From: Ignavibacteriota bacterium
GTDB lineage: Bacteria > Bacteroidota > Ignavibacteria > UBA10030
Assembly: GCA_963701295.1 (NCBI GenBank)
Contig: OY969585.1
Span: forward strand, 1,664,001-1,728,000
Direction of reading: 5' to 3'
Length of the DNA: 64,000 nucleotides
Shown in pieces: positions 50,742-60,706 of the stretch. Each line of letters begins with the position of its first letter. The stretch's first letter is position 1. The position numbers were made by a program, and so were the translations under genes. The notes beneath the pieces were generated by a model. That model did not search any database, had not been told where the DNA came from, and saw only the letters and a list, made by a program, of their open reading frames with translations.

Positions 50742-53405
50742 ATGAATTCTAACAATGTTAAAAATATTCTTCAATCGAAAAGAAATCTAAATAAGACGCT
50801 TCAACTGCCTGATAAATCGAACGCAATGGAAGCTGAAGGCGGGTGCGGTGTTGTAGGATTTTGTTGCACCGAGCCGGTTCCGGGGAAGCATATTCACGAA
50901 CCTTCAAGATTGATGCATAACCGCGGCAACGGCAAAGGCGGCGGAATAGCAGCGGTTGGTTTTATTCCCGATCAATTAGGCGTATCAAGGGAAATGCTCG
51001 ACGATTGTTATATGCTCCATATTGCATATCTTGACCCTTCCGCTCGTCCCGATGTTGAAAAAAAATATGTTGATCCTGTGTTCGATATAAAAAAATCCGC
51101 TAAGCTCAATACGGTCGACGATTGGAAAAGTGTTCCCGGGCTTGAAGTCAAACCGCCCGATGTTTACCGATATTTCGTACGTGTTCAAGACAGCGTTCTA
51201 AGTAAATTTATATCTGAAAACACTTTTGCAAACATTGACCGGCGAGATGTTGAAGATGAGTTGGTCAACCAAAACAGTTTCAAACTTAACCATGAATTTT
51301 ATGTTGCTGCAAAAAAGCAGACGGCTTTTGTCATGTCGCATGGCCGTAATATTATGATCCTGAAAGTTGTCGGTTATGCTGAAGCGGTAACTCAATATTA
51401 TAAGATTGATGATCTTTGTGCTCATGTCTGGATTGCACATCAAAGGTATCCGACAAGAGGCCGGGTCTGGCATCCGGGCGGTGCCCATCCATTTACTGCA
51501 ATGAATATGGCGCTTGTACACAATGGCGATTTTGCAAATTATCATTCAGTAACGGAATATTTAAAACAGCGCAATATTTATCCACAGTTTATAACCGATA
51601 CAGAAGTGTCGGCACAGATGTTCGATTTGTTGTCGAGAATATACAAATATCCGGTAGAATATATAATAGAAGCATTAGCGCCAACGACAGAACTTGACTT
51701 TGACCGCCTGCCGAAGGAAAAGCGGGAAATCTACCGGGCAATTCAATCGACACATATGCACGGTTCCCCGGACGGGCCATGGTTCTTTATCATTGCACGT
51801 AATCTTATTGAGAACCGCAAATTCCAATTGCTGGGCATCACAGATACAGCAATGCTGAGACCGCAGGTCTTTGCATTTGTCGACGGCGAAGTTCAAGTCG
51901 GAATTATCGGCTCCGAAAAACAGGCAATTGATGCGACGCTTGAGAGTCTAGCAAAGAATGATAAACGAATTTGTCCAATTGCTGATAAATACTGGAATGC
52001 CAGAGGTGGGAGCTATTCCGACGGCGGAGCTTTTATGTTCGATATTGTTCCAGATAGTGAAGGCAAATACAGGCTGGAGTGTAAAGATAAATTCGGAACC
52101 CCGGTTGTAATAGCAGAAAAAATCGAAAGCTGTGATTTTACAAAAGAAATTCCGGATGCGACGAATAAGGAACAAATCGAAAAAATAATTAACGAATATG
52201 CTTCTGCGGGAAAATATATTTTTGAATTTGTCAGGGACAACATTCCGCAATGGTCATTCGACGATATCCGTATTGCATGTCGGGCTATGAGAGACCTCGG
52301 CAAAGACAGTGAATTCACATTATATACAATCAATACCCTGACTTTATTAAATGACAGGCATTATCAGACAGGTGATAAAAGACGGTCACACATTCTTCAA
52401 ATAATTCGGACCGAACTGAATTCATTATTCATGAATATTCCAAGGTTGCGTTCTGAAAATGATGAATCGTCTGAGTACCGCCTGTTCGATTTTGAAACAA
52501 GAAGCGAGCTGCGTGGACCAAAAGACAAAGAAAAAACACTGGTGATAAATTCGAAAAAATTTCCGCCGGAAGGCAATGAATGCGATGCGATGTATCTTGT
52601 CAGAGCTTACAAATTAGGTTGGAAGAATTTTATCCTCTTTCATTGCGCAGGCCAACGTTATGTCGGATGCGGTTTCGGACCCGAAACTCATGACCTGACA
52701 ATCGACATTTACGGGAGTTCCGGCGATTATCTTGGTTCCGGTATCGATGGAATGACTATAACCGTTCATGGCAACGCCCAGGACCAGTTAGGCCAGATAA
52801 TAAAGCAAGGAAAATTAGTTATTCATGGTGATGTCGGCCAAACATTTTTATACGGCGCCAAAGGAGGTTCTATATTTGTGAAAGGAAACGCCGCTGGCCG
52901 GCCAATGATTAATTCTGTCGGAAGGCCCAGGATTGTTATCAATGGCACAAGTCTCGATTTTCTCGGCGAATCATTTATGGCGGGCGATCCTCATAATAAA
53001 GGTGGGTTTGTGATCCTCAACGGTATGAAGTTTAATGAAGAAGGCCAAGTCGTACCTCTGCCGGAACCATATCCGGGAAGCAACCTTTTTTCTCTTGCAT
53101 CAGGAGGCGCAGCTTTTATTAGGGATCCTAAGCGGCAATTAATTACAGAACAGTTAAACGGCTGCATTTTTTCTCCCTTTACGGAAAAAGATTGGGAATT
53201 GATAGTACCATATCTGACGGAGAACGAAAAGCTCTTCGGAATTAAAGTAGATGATTTACTGACAGTAAATGGTAAAAAACTTAATCCGATGAAAGTTTAT
53301 CGCAAAGTTTCACCCAGTATCGAGGGCACTCCATCTACGCCTGAACAAGATGTTTATGGAGAAGAGGAGGAAGTCGATGAACTCGCCGAAGAAGTACTTG
53401 AATAA
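50742..53405 (+). CDS. Glutamate synthase amidotransferase (GltB1) fused to a GXGXG (GltB3) domain
   Basis: EGGCGVVG (Cys35), HNRG, HQRYPT, AHPF, HNGDFAN, TDTEV; C-terminal GSSGDYLG/GNAQDQLG/GDVGQTF/GNAAGR repeats. Confidence 0.85.
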   Translation: MNSNNVKNILQSKRNLNKTLQLPDKSNAMEAEGGCGVVGFCCTEPVPGKHIHEPSRLMHNRGNGKGGGIAAVGFIPDQLGVSREMLDDCYMLHIAYLDPSARPDVEKKYVDPVFDIKKSAKLNTVDDWKSVPGLEVKPPDVYRYFVRVQDSVLSKFISENTFANIDRRDVEDELVNQNSFKLNHEFYVAAKKQTAFVMSHGRNIMILKVVGYAEAVTQYYKIDDLCAHVWIAHQRYPTRGRVWHPGGAHPFTAMNMALVHNGDFANYHSVTEYLKQRNIYPQFITDTEVSAQMFDLLSRIYKYPVEYIIEALAPTTELDFDRLPKEKREIYRAIQSTHMHGSPDGPWFFIIARNLIENRKFQLLGITDTAMLRPQVFAFVDGEVQVGIIGSEKQAIDATLESLAKNDKRICPIADKYWNARGGSYSDGGAFMFDIVPDSEGKYRLECKDKFGTPVVIAEKIESCDFTKEIPDATNKEQIEKIINEYASAGKYIFEFVRDNIPQWSFDDIRIACRAMRDLGKDSEFTLYTINTLTLLNDRHYQTGDKRRSHILQIIRTELNSLFMNIPRLRSENDESSEYRLFDFETRSELRGPKDKEKTLVINSKKFPPEGNECDAMYLVRAYKLGWKNFILFHCAGQRYVGCGFGPETHDLTIDIYGSSGDYLGSGIDGMTITVHGNAQDQLGQIIKQGKLVIHGDVGQTFLYGAKGGSIFVKGNAAGRPMINSVGRPRIVINGTSLDFLGESFMAGDPHNKGGFVILNGMKFNEEGQVVPLPEPYPGSNLFSLASGGAAFIRDPKRQLITEQLNGCIFSPFTEKDWELIVPYLTENEKLFGIKVDDLLTVNGKKLNPMKVYRKVSPSIEGTPSTPEQDVYGEEEEVDELAEEVLE

Positions 53406-53429
53406 TAAAAATATATTTTCGAAATAAAT

Positions 53430-53978
53430 ATGCCCATAGTCATTAGTAAAGAAAAGTCAGAAACTACTTTATTGCAGACTGTCAAGGAACAATCCGGCGT
53501 CGATATCTCTGGATGTCTGCAATGTAAAAAATGCACCAACGGCTGTCCGGTAACAGCGCTGGTTAAAGTACCTCCTTCGGAAATAATTAGAAGGCTGCAA
53601 TTGAACGCAGACGATTCGATCTTAAACAGCGATCTGGTATGGATGTGTGCTTCGTGTGAAACATGTTTTTCCCGTTGCCCGATGCAAATCGATATGGCAG
53701 CTGTTATGGATGCTCTGCGGATCATCTCGGTCAAGAAAAACGCATCCAAGCAGAAGGGCAATGTTCCACTATTTAACCGATGGTTTCTGAAAACAATTAA
53801 CATATTTGGCAGGACATATGATCTGGGAATGATTGCAGCTTATAAGATTGGAACTGCGAGCTATTTCCAGGACACGGATAAATTTCCAATGATGCTTCAA
53901 AAAAGGAAGATAGCGTTATTCCCGTCTTTCAAAGCCGATAAAAAATATGTAAAAAGAATATTCAAGAAAAAGAAGTAA
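53430..53978 (+). CDS. hdrC: Heterodisulfide reductase subunit C
   Basis: CLQCKKCTNGCP; WMCASCETCFSRCP. Confidence 0.9.
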   Translation: MPIVISKEKSETTLLQTVKEQSGVDISGCLQCKKCTNGCPVTALVKVPPSEIIRRLQLNADDSILNSDLVWMCASCETCFSRCPMQIDMAAVMDALRIISVKKNASKQKGNVPLFNRWFLKTINIFGRTYDLGMIAAYKIGTASYFQDTDKFPMMLQKRKIALFPSFKADKKYVKRIFKKKK

Positions 53979-54047
53979 TGCAGACCCTTTCCCGGCTTTG
54001 TAGAATTTAAGAAAGTCCGGAAAAAAGTTTTGGAGAATTATAAGAAA

Positions 54048-54917
54048 ATGAAATATGCGTATTATCCTGGATGTTCGGCGGAGTCAACGGCACGCGACCA
54101 ATATATGTCGATTCGAGAAGTCTCGAAAGCTTTGGACATAGAATTGATTGAACCAAAGGGTTGGACTTGCTGCGGATCGACACCGGCTCACCACACAGAC
54201 AGAATTCTATCTTTTGCTCTTCCTGCAGCCAACCTGCTCATGGCCAAAAAAATGGGTCTCGATATGGTTGTATTTTGTGCAGCCTGCTATAACAGAATGA
54301 AAGTCGCCAATTATGAAATTCGAACAAACCTCAAAGTCAGAAAAGAAATATCGGATTCATTGGGAGAAGATTACGATGGTAGTGTGGATGTTCATCATTT
54401 TGTAGAAGTGCTTATCAAGGATATTGGAATTAAAAAGCTGCAGGAAATCTTCACACATTCGTTGGATGGATTAAAAGTGGTCAATTACTATGGCTGTCTG
54501 CTCGTACGGCCGCATAAAGCGACTAATTTTGACGATCCTGAAAATCCAATGATGATGGACAGCCTTGTTACGATCATGGGCGGCGAGAGCATCGATTGGC
54601 CCCATAAAGTTGAATGCTGCGGTGGAGGATTTGCTCTCACACGGACAGATATCGTCATCGAACTTTCCAACTCCATTTTGGGGATGGCAAAAGCAGCCGG
54701 AGCGCAATGTATGGCGGTAGCCTGTCCTATGTGCCAGGTAAATTTAGATTTAAGGCAAAGCGATATAAATAAAACAAAAGGCACAAACTATGATATCCCG
54801 ATTGTTTATATAACTCAGCTTGTGGGATTATGTTTAGGAGTTCCTCCCGAAAAGCTGGGTATGGATAAATGTATTGTCTCTCCAAAGCCGATTATTGAGG
54901 CTGTAATAAGCAATTAA
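54048..54917 (+). CDS. hdrB: Heterodisulfide reductase subunit B
   Basis: Two CCG domains: YYPGC..CCG..CAAC and YYGC..CCGG..CPMC. Confidence 0.9.
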   Translation: MKYAYYPGCSAESTARDQYMSIREVSKALDIELIEPKGWTCCGSTPAHHTDRILSFALPAANLLMAKKMGLDMVVFCAACYNRMKVANYEIRTNLKVRKEISDSLGEDYDGSVDVHHFVEVLIKDIGIKKLQEIFTHSLDGLKVVNYYGCLLVRPHKATNFDDPENPMMMDSLVTIMGGESIDWPHKVECCGGGFALTRTDIVIELSNSILGMAKAAGAQCMAVACPMCQVNLDLRQSDINKTKGTNYDIPIVYITQLVGLCLGVPPEKLGMDKCIVSPKPIIEAVISN

Positions 54918-54934
54918 CAAAGAAAGATTTATTC

Positions 54935-57900
54935 GTGAAGATTGAAAAGAAAAAGATGACAGGCGCTGTATTGGTTGAAGGCGGAGGTATTGCGGGTGTT
55001 CAGGCGTCTCTCGATCTTGCTAATTCAGGATACAAAGTCTACCTAGTAGACCGCTCTGCAGCTATCGGCGGTATGATGTCTCATCTCGATAAAACTTTTC
55101 CTACAGGCGATTGTGCAACATGTATCGTTTCGCCTAAACTGGTTGAATGTTCCAGAAATCTTAATATTGAAATTCTCACACTTTCGGAATTAGAAAAAAT
55201 TGAGGGGGAACCGGGGAATTTTAAAGTCACGGTAAAAAAATCACCGCGATACATCGATGAAAAAATCTGCAACGATTGTGGCGAATGCACAAAAGCATGC
55301 CCTGTCGATGTAAGCGATAAGTTTAACCGCGATCTTAGTACACGAAAAGCGATACAAAAGTATTATGCGCAGGCTGTTCCCAACAAACCTAATATATTGA
55401 AACTTGGACATTCACCCTGTAAAATAAAATGTCCGGCTCATATCAATGTTCAGGGATACATTCAATTAATCAAAAAGAAAGAATATCTCAAAGCCGTAAA
55501 TCTTATTCGTGAAAGAAATCCGCTTGCCGCTATATGCGGACGGATCTGCCCTGCTCCATGCGAGGCAGCCTGCACGCGCTCCAAAGTCGACAGCTCACTG
55601 GCCATCAGACAATTAAAAAGATTCGCATCCGATCAGGAAATAAAATTGTATAGATCCGGGAAGTTGACACTGCCCGAACAAAAGAATCCTCCTTCAGATG
55701 CCAAGAAAATCGCCATTGTAGGCGGCGGGCCAGCAGGATTAACTGCGGCAGGCGATTTAGCCGAAAAAGGATTCACTGTAACTATATATGAATCGAGGGA
55801 TTCTGCGGGAGGAATGCTTTATTGCGGGATTCCCCGATATAGACTTCCAAAAGATATACTTGATTATGAAATAGAGTTAATAAAACGTAAGGGCGTTCAA
55901 ATTATTCTGAATTGTACTATCGGTAAGGACAAAGTTTTTTCAGAATTGAAAAAAGAAAATAGTGCAGTGTTTATCAGTGCCGGTGCGCATATCAGCAGAA
56001 AATTAGGCATAAGTGGCGAAGATAAAAAAGGTGTGAACTATGGGGTAGAATTCCTCAGGCAGGCAGCGAACGAAAAGAACATGCCGCAGGTCAAGGAAAA
56101 TGTTGTGGTTATCGGTGGAGGAAATGTCGCAGTTGATGTAGCCAGAACAGCACTGAGACTTGGCGCTAACAGAGTTGAACTCATCTCGCTCGAGCAGCGC
56201 AATGAAATGCCTGCATATAAAGATGAGATTAAGGCAACCCTCGAGGAAGGGATTGTGATACGAAACGGATGGGGTCCGAAACAAATACTCGGCAATGGAT
56301 CTGTTACAGGAATAGAACTGAAACAATGTATTTCCGTATTCGATACAGACGGCAAGTTTAAACCGTCTTACGATGAAAACAAAACTTCTACAATCGATAC
56401 CGAGCAGGTAATTGTAGCTATCGGTCAAATGGTCGACGGCGATCTAACCAAGCACATCGGAATCGATATCGAACGCGGATGTTTCAAAGCAAATCCTGTC
56501 ACACTTGAAACTTCGATGGAAGGAATCTTTGCAGGCGGCGATAATGCATCCGGACCGGGTAGCGTCATAGAAGCTGTCGCCGCTGGAAAACGTGCCGCGG
56601 AATCGATCAGCCGCTATCTCAACCATGAAGATTTGCTGCCCGACCGGTTTGAACATTCGCTGAAACCATTTCCGGAAGAATTGCTCCCCTCTGCAAAGAG
56701 GGTCGCAAAAAAGAACCGTGCTTCAGCCGATGAACTTACAGTTGACAAACGCATAAATAATTTTAACGAGATTGAATATCCTTTTTCAGAAGAAGATGCA
56801 ATTGGGGAAGCTGAAAGGTGCTTGAACTGCGCTCAATGCTCTGAATGTATGGAATGTATTTCGGCGTGCGAAAAGAAAGCAGTCAATCACAGTATGAATG
56901 AGAAAAAAGTAGAATTGGAAGTAGGCGCAGTCATACTTACTACTGGCTTCGATGAATATGATGCAGAGCAAAAAGGAGAATACGGATTTAACCGCTATCA
57001 GAATGTTCTTACCAGTGTCCAATTTGAGCGAATGCTTTCCGCTGCAGGACCGTATCTCGGCCATGTTGTGCGCAGGGACAATGGCAAAGATGCAAAACGG
57101 ATAGCATGGATTCAATGCGTGGGTTCCCGCGATTCAAAATCCGGAAACGAATACTGCTCATCCATATGCTGTATGGCGACGACCAAACAAGCCATGATTG
57201 CTTCCGAGCATCTGAACGGGCTGCAGGGAACGATCTTTAACATGGATATCAGGGCGCATGGAAAAGATTTCGATCAGTATTATGAACGCGCGCGCGCAAT
57301 GAAGAATATCGAATATATTAAAAGCATGCCTTCTCGAATTATTGAGATGCCCGGTTCGAACGATTTGAGAATAACCTATGTAGATCCTGTACAAGGATAC
57401 ACGGAGAAGGAGTTTGATCTCGCAGTGTTGGCAGTCGGTCTGGATCCGAAAATTTCGGTTACTGAAAGTGCGCGCAAACTTGGAATTGAAATTAATGAAC
57501 ACGGGTTTTGCAAAACAGACAGGCTGTCGCCACTGGCTACCTCTAAACCAGGCGTATTTGTAGGAGGAGCGTTCCAGGAGCCAAAGGATATTCCTGAAAC
57601 AGTTATACAGGCAAGTGCTGCTGCTGCAATGGCGATGGAATTATTGTCGCCTTCACAAAATACATTAGTTACTTCAAGAGAATATCCGTACGAACATGAT
57701 GTTACCGATGAAAAGCCCAGAATAGGCGTATTTATTTGTCATTGCGGCATCAATATAGCAGGTACTGTCGATGTAGAAAAAGTAACGGAATCGATTAAGA
57801 GCGAACCCGGAGTCGTATTTGCTTCACATACGATGTATACTTGCTCCGATTCTAGTTTATCGAATATGAAAGAGCAAATAGCAAAGGACAGGTTAAATAG

Positions 57901-59392
57901 GATCGTCGTGGCTTCGTGTACTCCGAGAACACATGAGCCTATCTTCCGTGAAACCTTGAGGGAAGCGGGGCTTAATCCTTACTTATTTGAACTGGCAAAC
58001 ATCAGGGATCAATGTTCATGGGTGCATTCATCTGAACCTAAAAATGCAACTCTCAAAGCAGTCGAGCTTGTAAAGATGTCCATCTCGAGGGCATTCAGGC
58101 TCATGCCTCTTGAAGGAGAAAAAATTCCAATTCACCAGAATGCTGTTATCGTCGGAGGAGGCGTAAGCGGGATGTCCGCGGCATTATCGCTCGCCGAGCA
58201 AGGATATGATGTCGAGTTGATCGAAAAGTCTTCCCAGTTAGGCGGAAATTTGTCTCTTGTCCACTCTACTCTCGAAAACGAGAACATCGATAAGTTCAAA
58301 ACTGATCTTATTGAGAAAATCAGTACACATAGAAACATCGACTATCATCTGAATTCTACAGTTGAAAGCGTTACGGGTCATATTGGGGAATTTAAAATTA
58401 ATATTATGAAGGACGACAAACCGAAAGAATTTACCTGCGGGGCTATAATAATTGCAACAGGCGCAAGGCCCGCCGAGACAAAAGAATATACTTATGGAAC
58501 TATCAAAAATGTAAAAACACAAATAGAATTAGAGAGTTTGCTTAATAAAGGCAAAATTGAAAAAAGAGGCCAGACGTATGTGATGATCCAATGTGTGGGT
58601 TCGCGCAATTCGGAAAATCCATATTGCAGCAGAATTTGCTGTTCCATGGCGATCAAGAATGCATTAAGAATTAAAAGAGAAGATCCTGCTGCAAGCATTT
58701 ATGTCCTATACAGGGACATCAGAACGTATGGTTTTAGGGAAATATATTATAAGCATGCACGTGAAGCCAATGTGGTTTTCATAAGATATGATGAAAAGAA
58801 TCTGCCTGTCGTATCTGATGTGAACGGTGTGTTGAGTTCGGTGAAAGTGGAAAGTCCGGATTTTCCAGAACCTATTGTAATAGAAGCCGATCAGCTTATC
58901 CTAAGCACAGGAATAAAAGCCGAGAAGGACAATAAAGTCCTTTCAGATATGCTTAAGGTGCCGCTCAATGCGAACGGATTTTATGTTGAAGCCCACATGA
59001 AATTGAGGCCCGTGGATTTTGCTACAGAAGGATTGTTTGTATGCGGATTGGCCCATTCACCAAAAATGATAGACGAGAATATTTCACAGGCGAAAGCTGC
59101 CGCTGCTCGTGCTGCAACGATTTTATCAAAAACCCATTTGGAAGTAGGAGCACAGGTTTCGATTGTAAATCAAAATAAATGCATATCGTGTATGACATGT
59201 GTGAATGCCTGTCCGTATGGCGCTCCATACTGCAATTATAACCACAAAGCAGAAATTGAAAGAGCGAAGTGTATGGGCTGTGGAATATGCGCATCTGAAT
59301 GCCCTGCACGTGCAATTCAACTTAATCATTTCAAGTCAGTACATTTCAATGCCATGATAGACAATTTATTTCATGTAGAAGAAACCGTATAA
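54935..59392 (+). CDS. hdrA: Large HdrA-like flavoprotein (HdrL-type) with an inserted GltD-like NAD(P)H module and two HdrA FAD modules
   Basis: GGGIAG, DKTFPT.DC..C, QCVGSRD, YCSSICC; insert CP.HIN..GY...NPL..ICGRICP.PCE.AC, GGGPAG, GGGNVAVD; second module FICHCG, ASCTPR, NIRDQCSWVH; C-terminal ferredoxin. Confidence 0.9.
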   Translation: MKIEKKKMTGAVLVEGGGIAGVQASLDLANSGYKVYLVDRSAAIGGMMSHLDKTFPTGDCATCIVSPKLVECSRNLNIEILTLSELEKIEGEPGNFKVTVKKSPRYIDEKICNDCGECTKACPVDVSDKFNRDLSTRKAIQKYYAQAVPNKPNILKLGHSPCKIKCPAHINVQGYIQLIKKKEYLKAVNLIRERNPLAAICGRICPAPCEAACTRSKVDSSLAIRQLKRFASDQEIKLYRSGKLTLPEQKNPPSDAKKIAIVGGGPAGLTAAGDLAEKGFTVTIYESRDSAGGMLYCGIPRYRLPKDILDYEIELIKRKGVQIILNCTIGKDKVFSELKKENSAVFISAGAHISRKLGISGEDKKGVNYGVEFLRQAANEKNMPQVKENVVVIGGGNVAVDVARTALRLGANRVELISLEQRNEMPAYKDEIKATLEEGIVIRNGWGPKQILGNGSVTGIELKQCISVFDTDGKFKPSYDENKTSTIDTEQVIVAIGQMVDGDLTKHIGIDIERGCFKANPVTLETSMEGIFAGGDNASGPGSVIEAVAAGKRAAESISRYLNHEDLLPDRFEHSLKPFPEELLPSAKRVAKKNRASADELTVDKRINNFNEIEYPFSEEDAIGEAERCLNCAQCSECMECISACEKKAVNHSMNEKKVELEVGAVILTTGFDEYDAEQKGEYGFNRYQNVLTSVQFERMLSAAGPYLGHVVRRDNGKDAKRIAWIQCVGSRDSKSGNEYCSSICCMATTKQAMIASEHLNGLQGTIFNMDIRAHGKDFDQYYERARAMKNIEYIKSMPSRIIEMPGSNDLRITYVDPVQGYTEKEFDLAVLAVGLDPKISVTESARKLGIEINEHGFCKTDRLSPLATSKPGVFVGGAFQEPKDIPETVIQASAAAAMAMELLSPSQNTLVTSREYPYEHDVTDEKPRIGVFICHCGINIAGTVDVEKVTESIKSEPGVVFASHTMYTCSDSSLSNMKEQIAKDRLNRIVVASCTPRTHEPIFRETLREAGLNPYLFELANIRDQCSWVHSSEPKNATLKAVELVKMSISRAFRLMPLEGEKIPIHQNAVIVGGGVSGMSAALSLAEQGYDVELIEKSSQLGGNLSLVHSTLENENIDKFKTDLIEKISTHRNIDYHLNSTVESVTGHIGEFKINIMKDDKPKEFTCGAIIIATGARPAETKEYTYGTIKNVKTQIELESLLNKGKIEKRGQTYVMIQCVGSRNSENPYCSRICCSMAIKNALRIKREDPAASIYVLYRDIRTYGFREIYYKHAREANVVFIRYDEKNLPVVSDVNGVLSSVKVESPDFPEPIVIEADQLILSTGIKAEKDNKVLSDMLKVPLNANGFYVEAHMKLRPVDFATEGLFVCGLAHSPKMIDENISQAKAAAARAATILSKTHLEVGAQVSIVNQNKCISCMTCVNACPYGAPYCNYNHKAEIERAKCMGCGICASECPARAIQLNHFKSVHFNAMIDNLFHVEETV

Positions 59393-59394
59393 AG

Positions 59395-59868
59395 ATGAAT
59401 GATAAGACTTTTGAACCGAAAATAATAGCCTTTTGCTGCCATTACTGTGCTTATGCATCGGCCGATTTGGCCGGTTCGATGCGGCTGCAATATCCATCAG
59501 GAGTGCGTATAATTCGTACACCCTGCACAGGTAGACTCGAAGTGGAATATTATATGAGAGCATTTGAAAACGGCGCCGATGGTGTTCTGGTAGCCGGCTG
59601 TCTTGAAGGCGGATGTCATTTTATAGAAGGAAATTTATTAGCTAAAAAGAGGGTCAGCGCTACCAGGGACATCCTTCAAGAAAGCGGTATTGAAAAAGAA
59701 CGCCTGCGAATGGTAAACATATCTGCAGCAATGGCTACTAATTTAGCAGCAGTCATCAACGAGATGGTAAACACAATTAAAGAACTCGGTCCCAATCCTA
59801 TTCGAAAGACAAATAACGGGCCGGAGGTTGAATATAAAGAATTTGAAATGCTTAAATCACAGCAATAA
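59395..59868 (+). CDS. mvhD: MvhD/FlpD [2Fe-2S] subunit
   Basis: FCCHYCAYASADLAG; PCTGR; GADGV.VAGC.EG.CHF..GN. Confidence 0.9.
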   Translation: MNDKTFEPKIIAFCCHYCAYASADLAGSMRLQYPSGVRIIRTPCTGRLEVEYYMRAFENGADGVLVAGCLEGGCHFIEGNLLAKKRVSATRDILQESGIEKERLRMVNISAAMATNLAAVINEMVNTIKELGPNPIRKTNNGPEVEYKEFEMLKSQQ

Positions 59869-59894
59869 ATTATTATGAACAAAATGGATTTACC

Positions 59895-60563
59895 ATGATA
59901 GTCGCTCAACGGAAAAAAATACCGGAAATATTTAATGTCATTCAAGAGCATAAAAATGTCTTGGTTCTCGGATGTGGCACGTGTGTTACTGTATGCCTTG
60001 CCGGGGGCGAACGTGAAGTTTCAATCATATCCTCGGCGCTCAGAATTGCATCTCGCAAAGCTGGTAAGAAAATTAAAGTCAACGAATTTACTATCGAACG
60101 CCAATGCGACAATGTTTTTATAGAAGGCGCTGCTGAAGAAATCAAAAATAACGATGCGGTCCTTTCATTAGGCTGCGGAGCAGGAGTACAGGCAATAGCG
60201 GAACGTTACCCCGATATGCCGGTATATGCAGGTCTTGATACTGCGTTTCTTGGTATACTCGAATCGAGAGGTGTATGGACGGAAAAATGCATGCAATGCG
60301 GGACTTGTGTTCTTTCTGATTTTGGCGGGATATGCCCGGTGACACGATGTGCAAAACACATGCTCAATGGTCCTTGCGGCGGCTCTCGTGAAGATAGATG
60401 TGAAATTAGGGCCGATCAACCATGCGCGTGGCAACTCATTTATAAGAGATTAAAGAATATCAATCAGTTAGATAAAATTGCTAAGGAGCATCCTATTAAG
60501 GATCGGAGCAAAAGCATTGATGGCGGTGTCCGAACAATTATTCGCGAGGATCACAGGATATGA
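59895..60563 (+). CDS. metV: MetV, zinc-finger/Fe-S partner of MetF
   Basis: GCGTCVTVC.AGG; ERQC; GCGAGVQ; C..CG.C.L...GGICP.TRC.K..LNGPCGG...CE...CAW. Confidence 0.9.
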   Translation: MIVAQRKKIPEIFNVIQEHKNVLVLGCGTCVTVCLAGGEREVSIISSALRIASRKAGKKIKVNEFTIERQCDNVFIEGAAEEIKNNDAVLSLGCGAGVQAIAERYPDMPVYAGLDTAFLGILESRGVWTEKCMQCGTCVLSDFGGICPVTRCAKHMLNGPCGGSREDRCEIRADQPCAWQLIYKRLKNINQLDKIAKEHPIKDRSKSIDGGVRTIIREDHRI

Positions 60564-60706
60564 AAAGTGCTATTTGTGACGTGAATATTATGGTATGAAA
60601 TCCATTTTAGATATGCGGTATGGCGCTGGTTCTCCTTAGCTTCAGATCTACTTTAATGTCTAGTGTTATGTTGTTTCATATTTCGTCCATAATGATGTGC
60701 GATTCG

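Noticed and set aside
54935-59868. Selenocysteine recoding in HdrA or MvhD
   Set aside because: The positions that can be Sec are Cys codons here (DCATC, CCHYC) and there is no in-frame TGA.
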